Shown here: one piece after another, positions 16,947 through 25,580 of the stretch
Layout: the number at the start of each line of letters is the position of its first letter
Numbering within the stretch: position 1 is the stretch's first letter
Assembly (NCBI RefSeq): GCF_000007145.1
Contig: NC_003902.1
Coordinates: forward strand, 3,806,497 to 3,838,496
Reading direction: 5' to 3'
Length of the DNA: 32,000 bases
Origin: Xanthomonas campestris pv. campestris str. ATCC 33913
GTDB lineage: Bacteria > Pseudomonadota > Gammaproteobacteria > Xanthomonadales > Xanthomonadaceae
Program-made: the position numbers and the translations under genes
Notes under the pieces: generated by a model
Database searches by the model: none
Told to the model about the DNA's origin: nothing
The model's input: the letters and a program-made list of their open reading frames with translations, nothing else

Positions 16947-18947
16947 TTACAGCGCCTTGGCGGCCTCGACCACGTGCTCGGCGGTGATCTTGAAGTACGC
17001 ATACAGCTGATCCGCCGGCGCCGAGGCACCGAAGGTGTCGATACCGACCACATCGCCATCTAGGCCGACATACTTGCGCCAGAAGCCGGTCACGCCCGCT
17101 TCCACCGCCACGCGCTTGCGCACGGCATTGGGCAGCACCTGCTCGCGGTACGCGGCATCCTGGCGATCGAACACGTCGGTGGACGGCATCGACACCACGC
17201 GTGTCTTCAGCCCGGCCGCATCCAGCGTCTTCTTCGCTTCCACTGCCAGGCCCACTTCCGAGCCGGTGCCGATCAGGATCACGTCGGGCGTGCCGCCTTC
17301 GGCATCGGCCAACACGTAACCGCCGCGTTCGATCAGTTTGATCTGCTCGGCGCTGCGCGGCTGGTGCTGCAGATTCTGGCGACTGAACACCAGGCAGCTC
17401 GGGCCGTCCTTGCGAGTGATCGCGGCCTTCCAGCTCACCGCCGACTCCACCGCATCGCCCGGGCGCCACACATCGTTGTTGGGGATGTAGCGCAGCGAGG
17501 CCAGGTGTTCGACCGGCTGATGGGTCGGGCCGTCTTCGCCCAGGCCGATCGAGTCGTGCGTGTACACATGGATGGCATGCGCCGGATTCAACGCGCTCAT
17601 GCGCACGCCGTTACGCGCGTAGTCGCTGAACACCAGGAAGGTGGCGTCGAACGGGATGAAGCCACCATGCAGCGCCAAGCCGTTGGCAATGGCGGTCATG
17701 CCGAATTCGCGCACGCCGTAATACACGTAGTTGGCGTTCGGGTCGTCGGTGGCGACCGACTTGCTGGCCTTCCACAAGGTGAGGTTGGAATGCGCCAGGT
17801 CGGCCGAGCCGCCGACCAGTTCCGGCAGCAGCGGTGCGAACGCTTCGATCGCCAGCTGCGATGCCTTGCGCGAGGCGATGGTCTGGCCGTCTTCCTGCGC
17901 CTTGGCGATGTAGGCATCGGCCTGGACGATGAAGTCGGCCGGCAACTCGCCACGCGAACGGCGGGTCAGCTCGTCGGCCTGTTCGCCGTACTGCTTGGCG
18001 TACTTGTCGAACAGCTGCTCCCACTCGGCCTGACGCAGCGTGCCGGTGCCACCTGCGCGCCAGCCGGCATAGATCTCTTCGGGAATCTCGAACGGGCCGT
18101 ACGGCCATTCCAGCGCCTTGCGCGCGCCTTCCAGCTCTTCCTTGCCCAACGGTGCGCCGTGCGAGGATTCTTTGCCCGACTTGGTGGGTGCACCGAAGCC
18201 GATCTTGGTGCGGCAGCAGATCAGCGTGGGCTTGTCGCTGTTTTCCAGCGCCGCCTCGATGGCCGCCTTGATCTTGTCGGCGTCGTGCCCGTCCACATCA
18301 CGGATCACATGCCAGCCATAGGCTTCGAAGCGTGCCGGGGTGTTGTCACTGAACCAGCCGGCAGTGTTGCCGTCGATGGAGATCTGGTTGTTGTCCCAGA
18401 ACGCGACCAGCTTACCCAGGCCCCAGGTACCGGCCAGCGAGGCCGCCTCGTGCGAGATGCCCTCCATCATGCAACCGTCGCCCATGAACACCCAGGTGCG
18501 GTGGTCGACGATTTCCAGCTCGGGCCGGTTATAACGCTGTGCCAGCAACTTCTCGGCCAGCGCGAACCCGACTGCATTGGCAAAGCCCTGCCCAAGCGGC
18601 CCGGTGGTGGTTTCCACCCCAGGCGTTTCGCTGCGCTCGGGGTGGCCGGCGGTCTTGCTGTGCAACTGACGGAACTGCTTGAGCTGCTCGATCGGCAGGT
18701 CGTAGCCGGACAGGTGCAGCAGCGCGTACTGCAGCATCGACCCGTGCCCGTTGGACAGCACGAAACGGTCGCGATTGAACCACTGCGGATTGTTCGGGTT
18801 GTGCCGGAAGAAATCGTTCCACAGCACTTCGGCGATATCGGCCATGCCCATGGGCATGCCGGGGTGGCCGGACTTTGCGGCTTCGACCGCATCGGCGGCG
18901 AGGAAACGGATGGCGTTGGCCAGCTGGCGGCGGGTGGGCTGGGTCAT
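16947..18947 (-). CDS. tkt: Transketolase
   Basis: The 666-aa ORF begins [34 protein letters not shown], the canonical transketolase N-terminus and ThDP-binding region. The length is full and typical for the family. Confidence 0.97.
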   Translation of the reverse strand: MTQPTRRQLANAIRFLAADAVEAAKSGHPGMPMGMADIAEVLWNDFFRHNPNNPQWFNRDRFVLSNGHGSMLQYALLHLSGYDLPIEQLKQFRQLHSKTAGHPERSETPGVETTTGPLGQGFANAVGFALAEKLLAQRYNRPELEIVDHRTWVFMGDGCMMEGISHEAASLAGTWGLGKLVAFWDNNQISIDGNTAGWFSDNTPARFEAYGWHVIRDVDGHDADKIKAAIEAALENSDKPTLICCRTKIGFGAPTKSGKESSHGAPLGKEELEGARKALEWPYGPFEIPEEIYAGWRAGGTGTLRQAEWEQLFDKYAKQYGEQADELTRRSRGELPADFIVQADAYIAKAQEDGQTIASRKASQLAIEAFAPLLPELVGGSADLAHSNLTLWKASKSVATDDPNANYVYYGVREFGMTAIANGLALHGGFIPFDATFLVFSDYARNGVRMSALNPAHAIHVYTHDSIGLGEDGPTHQPVEHLASLRYIPNNDVWRPGDAVESAVSWKAAITRKDGPSCLVFSRQNLQHQPRSAEQIKLIERGGYVLADAEGGTPDVILIGTGSEVGLAVEAKKTLDAAGLKTRVVSMPSTDVFDRQDAAYREQVLPNAVRKRVAVEAGVTGFWRKYVGLDGDVVGIDTFGASAPADQLYAYFKITAEHVVEAAKAL

Positions 18948-19016
18948 GGGCGTCTATGGAAGCGGAGGGGAACACCGCTGGAAGCGGAGACCCGTATTCT
19001 CCCACAGAGCGTGTTA

Positions 19017-19062
19017 GGGGAATCAGCAGCCGGGAATGGAGAAACGGGAATCGGGAATCGGA
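19017..19062. repeat. Degenerate GGGAATC heptamer array (left arm of an inverted pair)
   Basis: GGGGAATCagcagccGGGAATGGAgaaacGGGAATCGGGAATCGGA contains six GGA triplets in 46 nt. Bases 19046-19059 are exactly complementary to 19173-19186. Confidence 0.75.
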
Positions 19063-19164
19063 TGCAGTGTTGCAAGTGGGCCGCTAACGCCACTCACACC
19101 ACCGCTACCGCTGCGATGCGCAGGACTTCGCAGTACGCGCCCCGATCGCAACAGCCCGCTCTAA

Positions 19165-19186
19165 CGATTCCTGATTCCCGATTCCC
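19165..19186. repeat. GATTCCC heptamer array (right arm, inverted orientation) abutting the symporter stop codon
   Basis: CGATTCCTGATTCCCGATTCCC. Its last base is the first base of the stop-codon complement (cta, 19186-19188). Confidence 0.75.
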
Positions 19187-20466
19187 TACTTCTCCCCCTT
19201 AGCCACCAGCGTCGTCAACGCCAGATCGCCGGTGACATTCAGCGCGGTACGGCACATGTCCAGGAAGTGATTGACGCCCAGGATCATGCCGATGCCGACC
19301 GGGTTGACCCCAACCATCGCGCAGATCAGCGCTACTACCGGCAGCGAGCCGGAGGGCACACCGGCGGTGCCGATGCCACCCAGGATGCAGACGATCATCA
19401 CCATGAATTGCTGGCCGATTCTCAGGTCCACATTGAAGAACTGCGCCAGGAAGATCACCGTCACGCCTTCGAACAGCGCGGTGCCGTTCTGGTTGGCGGT
19501 GGCGCCCACGGTGAGCACGAAGCGCGAGACCCGCGGTGGCAGGCCCATCTCGTCGGCCACGCGCAAGGCGGTTGGCAGGGTCGCGTTGCTGGAGGCGGTG
19601 GAGAACGCCATCAGCGTGGCCTCCTGCGTCTGCCGGAAGAAGCCGATCGGCGAACGCCCGGCGAACTTCACCGCCAGCCCGTAGCTGACCACCATGTGCA
19701 GGCCCAGCGCCAGCACCACGACGCCGACGTAGGCGCCCAGGCGAATCAGCAGATCGAAGCCGAACAACGCGGCCAGATTGAACATGAAACAGGCCACCGC
19801 GTACGGCGCCAGGCGGATCACCAGCCCGATCAGGGTCATCGAGATCTCGAAGATGCCTTCAATGCCGCGCTTGAGCGTGGCCACTTTTTCGTCGGCCGTG
19901 AGCACCATGCCCACGCCGAACATCACCGCGAAGAACATCAACGACAGGATCGCGCCATTGCTCGAGGCCGCCGCAATCACGTTGTTCGGCACGATGGAAA
20001 GCAGCATGTCCATGCCCTGCGGCTGATTGCCGGAGCTGGAGATGATCTCGCGGGTGCGGTCGGCATTTTCCTGGATCAACTGGTTGGCCAGTTGCGGGTC
20101 CACGCCTGCACCGGGCTTGAGCACATTGACCAGGACCAAGCCCAGCAACACCGCAATGCCCGACAACACCACCGTGTAGCCCAGCGTGCGCCAGCCCACC
20201 CGGCCCAACGCGCGGATGTCGCCCATTTCCGCAATGCCGACCACCAGCGCCGAAAACAGCAGCGGCACGATCAGCATGAAGATCAGATTGAGGAAGATCT
20301 GCGAGAACGGCGTGGTGACGTACTTGGTCACCAGCCGCACCCATTCGGCGTCGCTCCCGGCCAGGTAGTACACGGCCAGACCCAGCACCAGGCCGATGGC
20401 GAAGCCAATGCCCATCTTCCAATGCAGGGGCAGGCCTGGGCGGCGCGCGGCTGGGGATGCGGTCAT
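19186..20466 (-). CDS. Dicarboxylate/amino acid:cation symporter (DAACS/SDF family, GltP/DctA-like)
   Basis: Polytopic membrane protein with conserved SDF segments (SSNATLPT, GATANQNGTALFEG, GIGTAGVPSGSL). The ATG at 20466 (MTASPAARRP...) is preferred, with an in-frame GTG at 20490 as an alternative. Confidence 0.9.
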   Translation of the reverse strand: MTASPAARRPGLPLHWKMGIGFAIGLVLGLAVYYLAGSDAEWVRLVTKYVTTPFSQIFLNLIFMLIVPLLFSALVVGIAEMGDIRALGRVGWRTLGYTVVLSGIAVLLGLVLVNVLKPGAGVDPQLANQLIQENADRTREIISSSGNQPQGMDMLLSIVPNNVIAAASSNGAILSLMFFAVMFGVGMVLTADEKVATLKRGIEGIFEISMTLIGLVIRLAPYAVACFMFNLAALFGFDLLIRLGAYVGVVVLALGLHMVVSYGLAVKFAGRSPIGFFRQTQEATLMAFSTASSNATLPTALRVADEMGLPPRVSRFVLTVGATANQNGTALFEGVTVIFLAQFFNVDLRIGQQFMVMIVCILGGIGTAGVPSGSLPVVALICAMVGVNPVGIGMILGVNHFLDMCRTALNVTGDLALTTLVAKGEK

Positions 20467-20733
20467 CGGGACAGGCCTTGGTCTGGACACAAAGGCCGGA
20501 GCTTAACAAACACCACCGGCGCGGCCACCTACCCAAGGCGCCCCATGCGCGCATCCTTAGGGTAGGCCCGCCTCTCGACACCATGTGCTGCAGACGCTGG
20601 AGCGGGCAGCAAACAGCGCTCATCTTGCACAACGCCAAAGCGCAGCCGCCAAGGCGCAAGCGGCACCGCAGCAGCGCCGGTGTGCCCTACCCGACCTGTC
20701 TTTAGTGTTGAAACGACGCACCGACCAGCGTGC

Positions 20734-20845
20734 CAGGCCCTTGCCCGCCCACCGTCGCGGGACCTTTGGCGGCATGGATGCCGCCAAAGAGCTACAGGGA
20801 CGTACTTGCGGCGTGTCCTGCGATGGTGGGCGGGCAAGGGCCCTG
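20734..20845. repeat. 112-nt nested inverted-repeat element (30-bp outer helix enclosing an 11-bp hairpin); function unknown
   Basis: Bases 20734-20763 pair with 20815-20845 (30 bp, one bulge at 20841, two G:T positions). An inner hairpin spans 20764-20789 with loop TGGA. No T-run lies on either side. See findings. Confidence 0.6.
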
Positions 20846-21031
20846 CAGCAGCCCCGCAGCCATAACGCTCTGCGCAATCTTCATCCCGCACACCTATGCC
20901 GTACGCAGCCGAAACTCAATCAGTCATCACGCAAGACCACGCAGCAGCGCTGGCAGCGGCCGGGTCCTGCGCACCCGACTTAACCTTGCCGTGGCTCGTC
21001 TGTCGTGTCGCTGTCGCGGCAGCGCAAGCAA

Positions 21032-22771
21032 TCAATGCGCCGGCGGATAGAGCGGTGCCAGCACCTCCGGCTCTGCTGCCGTGGCGTGATGCCAGCGCGG
21101 GCCATTGGCGAACGCCTCGCGCAAGGCAGCGCGCGCAGCAGTCACATCGCCATCGCCACCCCAACGGGCGCGTTGCATCTGTGCCACCGCCGCGCGCTGA
21201 GCCGGGTCGCTCAAGGCTGCCAGCACACTGTCGATGTCGGCAACGCCGGCCATACCACACAGCACCGTGGCCACATCGTCCATGCCACCGGTATCGAGCG
21301 CACGGCGCAGGTCGGCCACGCTGTGGGTGCCGCGCCTGCCGGGCGCCGGCGCAGCAGCACCAGCACCCGCGGCCACAGCGCGCACTCCACCGCGACGACG
21401 ACGCAGCGCCCAGACCAGAGTGGCAATCCACAGCACCGCGAAACCCGCCGCCGCCGCGATCCAGCCCCACGGGCGCGAGGCTGCAGGGGCACCCTGCAGG
21501 CGCAGCGTGCTGGCCGCCGGCGCAGGTGCCACGGCCTCACCAGCTGGCTGGCTGGCTGGCGAAGGCGCCGCTGCGGGCGCTGCAAATGCAGCGCTGCGTG
21601 CGGCCACATCCAGCGTGAGGTCCGGCAGCGATGCCGTCTTCGCCGCTGCCGCGCCCACATCCCACCACGCCACCTGCAGGCCGGGAATCAACAGAGGACC
21701 TGCGCGATTGGGCACGATCGAATAGCGCCGCGTCAGCCGCAGCTGTGGCGAGCCATCGACAAACCGCTCCTCGTACTGCGCCGGTTCGGCAAACACTTGC
21801 GCGTCCGGCACGCTGGGCGTCGGCAGCTCCGGGAACTGTGCCTGGGTGGCGCCGCGTGCGCTGGCTTCCACCACGATTTGCGCTGCCTCGCCGGCGGTGG
21901 CCCGCTGCGGCGTGGAGGTGTAGCGCAGCGTCAGGCTGCGCAACGGCAACCACGGCTGCGGCGCATTGGCCGGCTGCGCGCGTACCTGCAGCGGAATGCT
22001 GGCGCTGCGCGCGTTCAATTCGCCATTGCCGCGCCCGAAATAATCGTCGAAGAACCCACCCACCGCGCGCCCGTTGAAGCGGGCCGGCGGCACCACCAGG
22101 CGGCCGCTGCGCTCGGGAACCAGCAGGTAGCGCCGCTCCACCACGTTGTACTGCCGCCCGTTGACCGCCCTGGCCGAACTCACATCATCGCCAACGCGCT
22201 GCAGCGACGCGCCGTCCGGGGCTTGCAGATCCAGTTCGCCAGAGGCCAGCTGGGTGGCGTAGTACAGCCGCACCACCACGCCCACGCTCTGCTGCACGTA
22301 GGGCTGCGGGTCGTCCACCTGGGTTTCGACGAACGCTTCTTCGTTGCCTCGCGCCGCGCTTGCGCCAGCGTCCCCCGGAGCGCCGGCATCGACAGCCGTA
22401 GCCACCACCTGCAGCCGAAGCGGCTCGGTGCGCTCGTTGCCCACCCGGATCGCCGGCACGATGATCTCGCCAGTCTGGCGTGGCGTGATCACCACCCCGA
22501 ACAACGCCCGGATGGTCACCGAACCATTGGTCACCTGCATCTGCTGGTTGGCGTTCTTGGCCCCCAGCCCGAACCCACCGCGCAACGGGCTGTAATCGGG
22601 CTCGGCGCCGCGCTGGTCGGTCTCGATGTTCAAGGTCACCGCATCGCCCGCATCGATGCTGTCACGGTCCAGCCAGGCGCGCGTCACCGCGCCGGCGGGC
22701 AACGCCAGGATCGCCACGCTGCTGCTCAGCAGCCATATCGCCACACGGCGCCAGTGCCCGTTGCCCGTCAT
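21032..22771 (-). CDS. BatD-like protein (last gene of the MoxR/VWA 'Bat' operon)
   Basis: The 579-aa protein has an N-terminal signal/TM segment (VAIWLLSSSVAILALPAGA), a large periplasmic region, a C-terminal TM (WGWIAAAAGFAVLWIATLVWAL) and a cytoplasmic tail. Its ATG overlaps the upstream stop (ATGA). Confidence 0.7.
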   Translation of the reverse strand: MTGNGHWRRVAIWLLSSSVAILALPAGAVTRAWLDRDSIDAGDAVTLNIETDQRGAEPDYSPLRGGFGLGAKNANQQMQVTNGSVTIRALFGVVITPRQTGEIIVPAIRVGNERTEPLRLQVVATAVDAGAPGDAGASAARGNEEAFVETQVDDPQPYVQQSVGVVVRLYYATQLASGELDLQAPDGASLQRVGDDVSSARAVNGRQYNVVERRYLLVPERSGRLVVPPARFNGRAVGGFFDDYFGRGNGELNARSASIPLQVRAQPANAPQPWLPLRSLTLRYTSTPQRATAGEAAQIVVEASARGATQAQFPELPTPSVPDAQVFAEPAQYEERFVDGSPQLRLTRRYSIVPNRAGPLLIPGLQVAWWDVGAAAAKTASLPDLTLDVAARSAAFAAPAAAPSPASQPAGEAVAPAPAASTLRLQGAPAASRPWGWIAAAAGFAVLWIATLVWALRRRRGGVRAVAAGAGAAAPAPGRRGTHSVADLRRALDTGGMDDVATVLCGMAGVADIDSVLAALSDPAQRAAVAQMQRARWGGDGDVTAARAALREAFANGPRWHHATAAEPEVLAPLYPPAH

Positions 22772-24582
22772 TGTCCGTCCCGTTGCCTGCGTTCGTGTTC
22801 CAGCCTGAATTTGGCGCGCAACAGGCTGCCCGGATCATCCGGCACGCGCCGGATCCATGCATCCACCGCCTGCCGTTGCTCGCGCTGCTCCGGCGTTTCT
22901 GCCGCGGCCGCGGCGGCGGCCTGCTGCTCCTTGCTGGGCACGCCCTTGGCACCGGCCTGCGCCATGGCCTGTTCCATCTTGCGCCGTTGCGCTGCATCGG
23001 CCTGCTGCTGGGCCTGGGCATCCGGCGTCTGCGGTGGGCTGTCGGGCTGTTTTTGCTCGCCCTGCCGCGCTGGCGACGGCTGGCCCGGCGTCTGGCCGTC
23101 CTTGGGCGGCTGCGAAGACGGCTTTCCGTCCTGGCCGCCCTTGCCATCCTTCCCGTCCTTGCCGGCAGTTTGTTCCGGCTTGCCCTGCCCGTCCTTGTTC
23201 TGATCCTGCTGCTTGTCGCCCTTGTTCTGGTCCTGCTGCGGCTTGCCCTTGCCGTCTTTATTCTGCTGCTGACGCTTGCGCGCCGCCTCCACCGCGGCGC
23301 GGTTGGCGATGGCGTCCTGCAGCTGGGGCTGTTGCCGCAGCGCACGGTCGTAGGCGGCAATCGCATCGTCGTAGCGCCCCTGACGGGCCAGCGCATTGCC
23401 AAGGTTGTACCAGCCCTGGTCGGTGGGCACGGCCTCGAAGGCCTTCTGCGCGGCAGCGAAATCGCCCTTACGATAGGCCTGCACGCCGGCGTCCAGGCGT
23501 TGCTGCTGCACCTGGTCGGCGCGTTGCCACAACGTCCCTTCCGCCGCCTGCGCCGGTTGGACAAAGGGCCCGACACACAACAACGCCAGCACCATCACCG
23601 CGGCGCGCCGGCGGAACGCCAACAACGCCAGCGCCATCACCGGGAAAAGCAACCAGTAGCCCTCATCGAGCCAGGTCTTGCTGCCGTTCGCGGCCGCGGC
23701 GGCGTCGGCCGCGGGTTGTTGTGCCGGGTCCAGCACGCCCAGCGCACGCAGGTCGGCATCGTCAGCGGCCAGCGGTGCATAACGGCCACCGCCCTGGCTG
23801 GCGAGATCGCGCAAGCTCGCTTCGTCCAGCCGCGCCTGCGCGATCTCACCCGATGCGGCGCGGTAGACCGCGCCATGCGCGCTGCCAACACCCAAGGTGG
23901 AGACATTAAAGCCGCGCGAGCGCGCGACCCGCGCAGCGCTTTCGGCCGACTCATCGGCACTGTCGCTCATCACCAGGATGTCGCCCTGCTTGAAGCCAGC
24001 TTGCGACAGCAGCTGCACTGCCGCTTCGATGGCGCGATCGGCACGCTTGCCATCCACCGGCATCACCGACGGCGACAACGCATCCAGAAACAAGGCCACG
24101 TTGGCCGCGTCCTCGGTCAGCGGCGCCACGGTGAAACTCTCGCCCGCGTATGCCAGCAACGCCACATCGCCACCGGCACGCTCGCGCAACAGCGTGGCCA
24201 GCTTGGCGCGTGCCTGCAGCAACCGCGAGGGCGGCAAATCGTTGGCGTTGATGCTGGAGGACAGATCCAACGCCACCACCAACGGCCGGTTGGATTGATA
24301 CACCGGCCGCTCGGTTTGCCGCCAACTGGGCCCACTCATCGCAACGACCGCCACGCTGTAGGCCACAACCGCGAGCACAAAACCAAACCACCCACGGCGG
24401 CCGCCAGTCACCAGCAACTGCGGCAACAGATGCGCATCGACACTTTGCCGCCACACGTCCGCATCGCGCTGGCGCAGGAACCACAGCACTGCCGCTGGCA
24501 CGATCAACACCAGCGCCCACAGCAGTTGCGGACGCAGAAGATGCAGCGTGTGCAACGCGGTACTCAGCGTGTTCATCGCCAT
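22768..24582 (-). CDS. VWA-domain plus TPR-repeat membrane protein (BatB/BatC-like fusion)
   Basis: N-terminal TM segments, a VWA MIDAS motif (ALDLSSS), further TM segments, TPR-like repeats (WYNLGNALARQGRYDDAIAAYDRAL), a K/D/Q/G-rich low-complexity stretch and a conserved-looking C-terminus (WIRRVPDDPGSLLRAKF). An alternative ATG at 24576 would give an ATGA overlap with the upstream stop. Confidence 0.8.
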   Translation of the reverse strand: MAMNTLSTALHTLHLLRPQLLWALVLIVPAAVLWFLRQRDADVWRQSVDAHLLPQLLVTGGRRGWFGFVLAVVAYSVAVVAMSGPSWRQTERPVYQSNRPLVVALDLSSSINANDLPPSRLLQARAKLATLLRERAGGDVALLAYAGESFTVAPLTEDAANVALFLDALSPSVMPVDGKRADRAIEAAVQLLSQAGFKQGDILVMSDSADESAESAARVARSRGFNVSTLGVGSAHGAVYRAASGEIAQARLDEASLRDLASQGGGRYAPLAADDADLRALGVLDPAQQPAADAAAAANGSKTWLDEGYWLLFPVMALALLAFRRRAAVMVLALLCVGPFVQPAQAAEGTLWQRADQVQQQRLDAGVQAYRKGDFAAAQKAFEAVPTDQGWYNLGNALARQGRYDDAIAAYDRALRQQPQLQDAIANRAAVEAARKRQQQNKDGKGKPQQDQNKGDKQQDQNKDGQGKPEQTAGKDGKDGKGGQDGKPSSQPPKDGQTPGQPSPARQGEQKQPDSPPQTPDAQAQQQADAAQRRKMEQAMAQAGAKGVPSKEQQAAAAAAAETPEQREQRQAVDAWIRRVPDDPGSLLRAKFRLEHERRQRDGQ

Positions 24583-25580
24583 CTCCGCGGCAATGCGTAG
24601 GCCAGCAACCCAATCAGCAGCGCCGCGCCCAACGGCCAGTAATAACGCTCGACCTTCGGCTGCACCGATGGCCCGGCGGCCTTCACCGGTTCCAGGCGAT
24701 CCAGCTCGGCGTAGATGCCGGCCAGTTCCTCGGTATCGCGGGCTCGGAAGAAGCGCCCACCGGTCTGCTCGGCAATCTTGCGCAGGCCGTCTTCATCGAT
24801 ATCGTCGCCACCACCGGCCGGAATCGGCACACCGAACAACGAATAGCTCCCGCTGCCACCGAAGGCGATGGTGTGCACGCGTACGCCCTCGGCCTTGGCA
24901 AGCTCGGCCGCCTTCAGTGGGTTGAGGACACCAGCGGTGTTGACGCCGTCAGTGAGCAGCACCACGACACGCTGGCCCTGGCGCTGCTCGCGCAGACGCT
25001 TGACCGACAAGGCAATGGCATCACCGATTGCGGTTTCGCGCCCGGCCAGGCCCACCACGCTGTCAGCCAGCTGATCGCGCACACTGGTGAGGTCGGCGGT
25101 CAGCGGCGTCAACGCATAGGCGCGCTGCCCGAATACCAACAGGCCCACCCGGTCGCCTTCGCGCCGGTCCAGAAAGTCCGAGAGCACCGCCTTGGCCGCA
25201 GTCAGGCGGTCCACCACGTTGCCGCCCAGCACCATGTCCGGTTCGCTCATGCTGCCGGACAGGTCCACCGCCAGCATCATCTGGCGTGCCTCCCGCGGCG
25301 GCTGGATCACCTCGCCCAGCTGTTGCGGACGCGCCAGCGCGGCGCACAGCAAAAACCATCCCAGCCACGCCAGCCAGCGCGGCGCACGCAGCGATGGAAT
25401 GCGTGGCGCACTCACCATCGCGCGCAGCTGCTGGGCATACGGCACGCGCAGTGCAGATGCCTGCGTGCGCCGCTGCGGCCAGAACCACATCAGCAACGGT
25501 AGCGGCATCAACCACCAGGCCCACGGCCACGCACAATGCGCCAGCGCGTCCTGCCACTGCGACCACTGCAGCCAGTTCAT
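24573..25580 (-). CDS. VWA-domain membrane protein (BatA-like)
   Basis: N-terminal TM segments, a MIDAS motif (AVDLSGSM), a VWA fold region and a C-terminal TM. The ATGA start overlaps the upstream stop. Confidence 0.8.
   Translation of the reverse strand: MNWLQWSQWQDALAHCAWPWAWWLMPLPLLMWFWPQRRTQASALRVPYAQQLRAMVSAPRIPSLRAPRWLAWLGWFLLCAALARPQQLGEVIQPPREARQMMLAVDLSGSMSEPDMVLGGNVVDRLTAAKAVLSDFLDRREGDRVGLLVFGQRAYALTPLTADLTSVRDQLADSVVGLAGRETAIGDAIALSVKRLREQRQGQRVVVLLTDGVNTAGVLNPLKAAELAKAEGVRVHTIAFGGSGSYSLFGVPIPAGGGDDIDEDGLRKIAEQTGGRFFRARDTEELAGIYAELDRLEPVKAAGPSVQPKVERYYWPLGAALLIGLLAYALPRRWR

Noticed and set aside
18958-18989. 10-bp direct repeat GGAAGCGGAG (18958-18967 and 18980-18989; CTCCGCTTCC on the tkt strand) in the tkt leader, together with the absence of a purine-rich Shine-Dalgarno sequence before the tkt ATG.
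   Set aside because: About one such nearby 10-bp repeat is expected by chance in the window. Weak or absent Shine-Dalgarno sequences are common in this kind of genome, and the tkt N-terminus is canonical, so the start is not in doubt.
21005-23203. Very long ORFs on the strand opposite recognised genes. Examples are 21005-23203 + (732 aa), 22771-24600 + (609 aa), 17364-19202 + (612 aa), 3406-5076 - (556 aa), 11913-13394 + (493 aa), 29007-30455 + (482 aa), 19267-20565 + (432 aa), 9908-11176 + (422 aa) and 6041-7156 - (371 aa).
   Set aside because: Each lies antisense to a gene with clear family motifs (Bat proteins, tkt, TonB-dependent receptors, pilQ, the symporter, the transposase, the L,D-transpeptidase). 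Their translations are Arg/Ala/Gly/His/Pro-rich with no recognisable motifs, signal peptides or ribosome-binding sites. Stop-free antisense frames are the expected artefact of strong GC3 codon bias in a high-GC genome.
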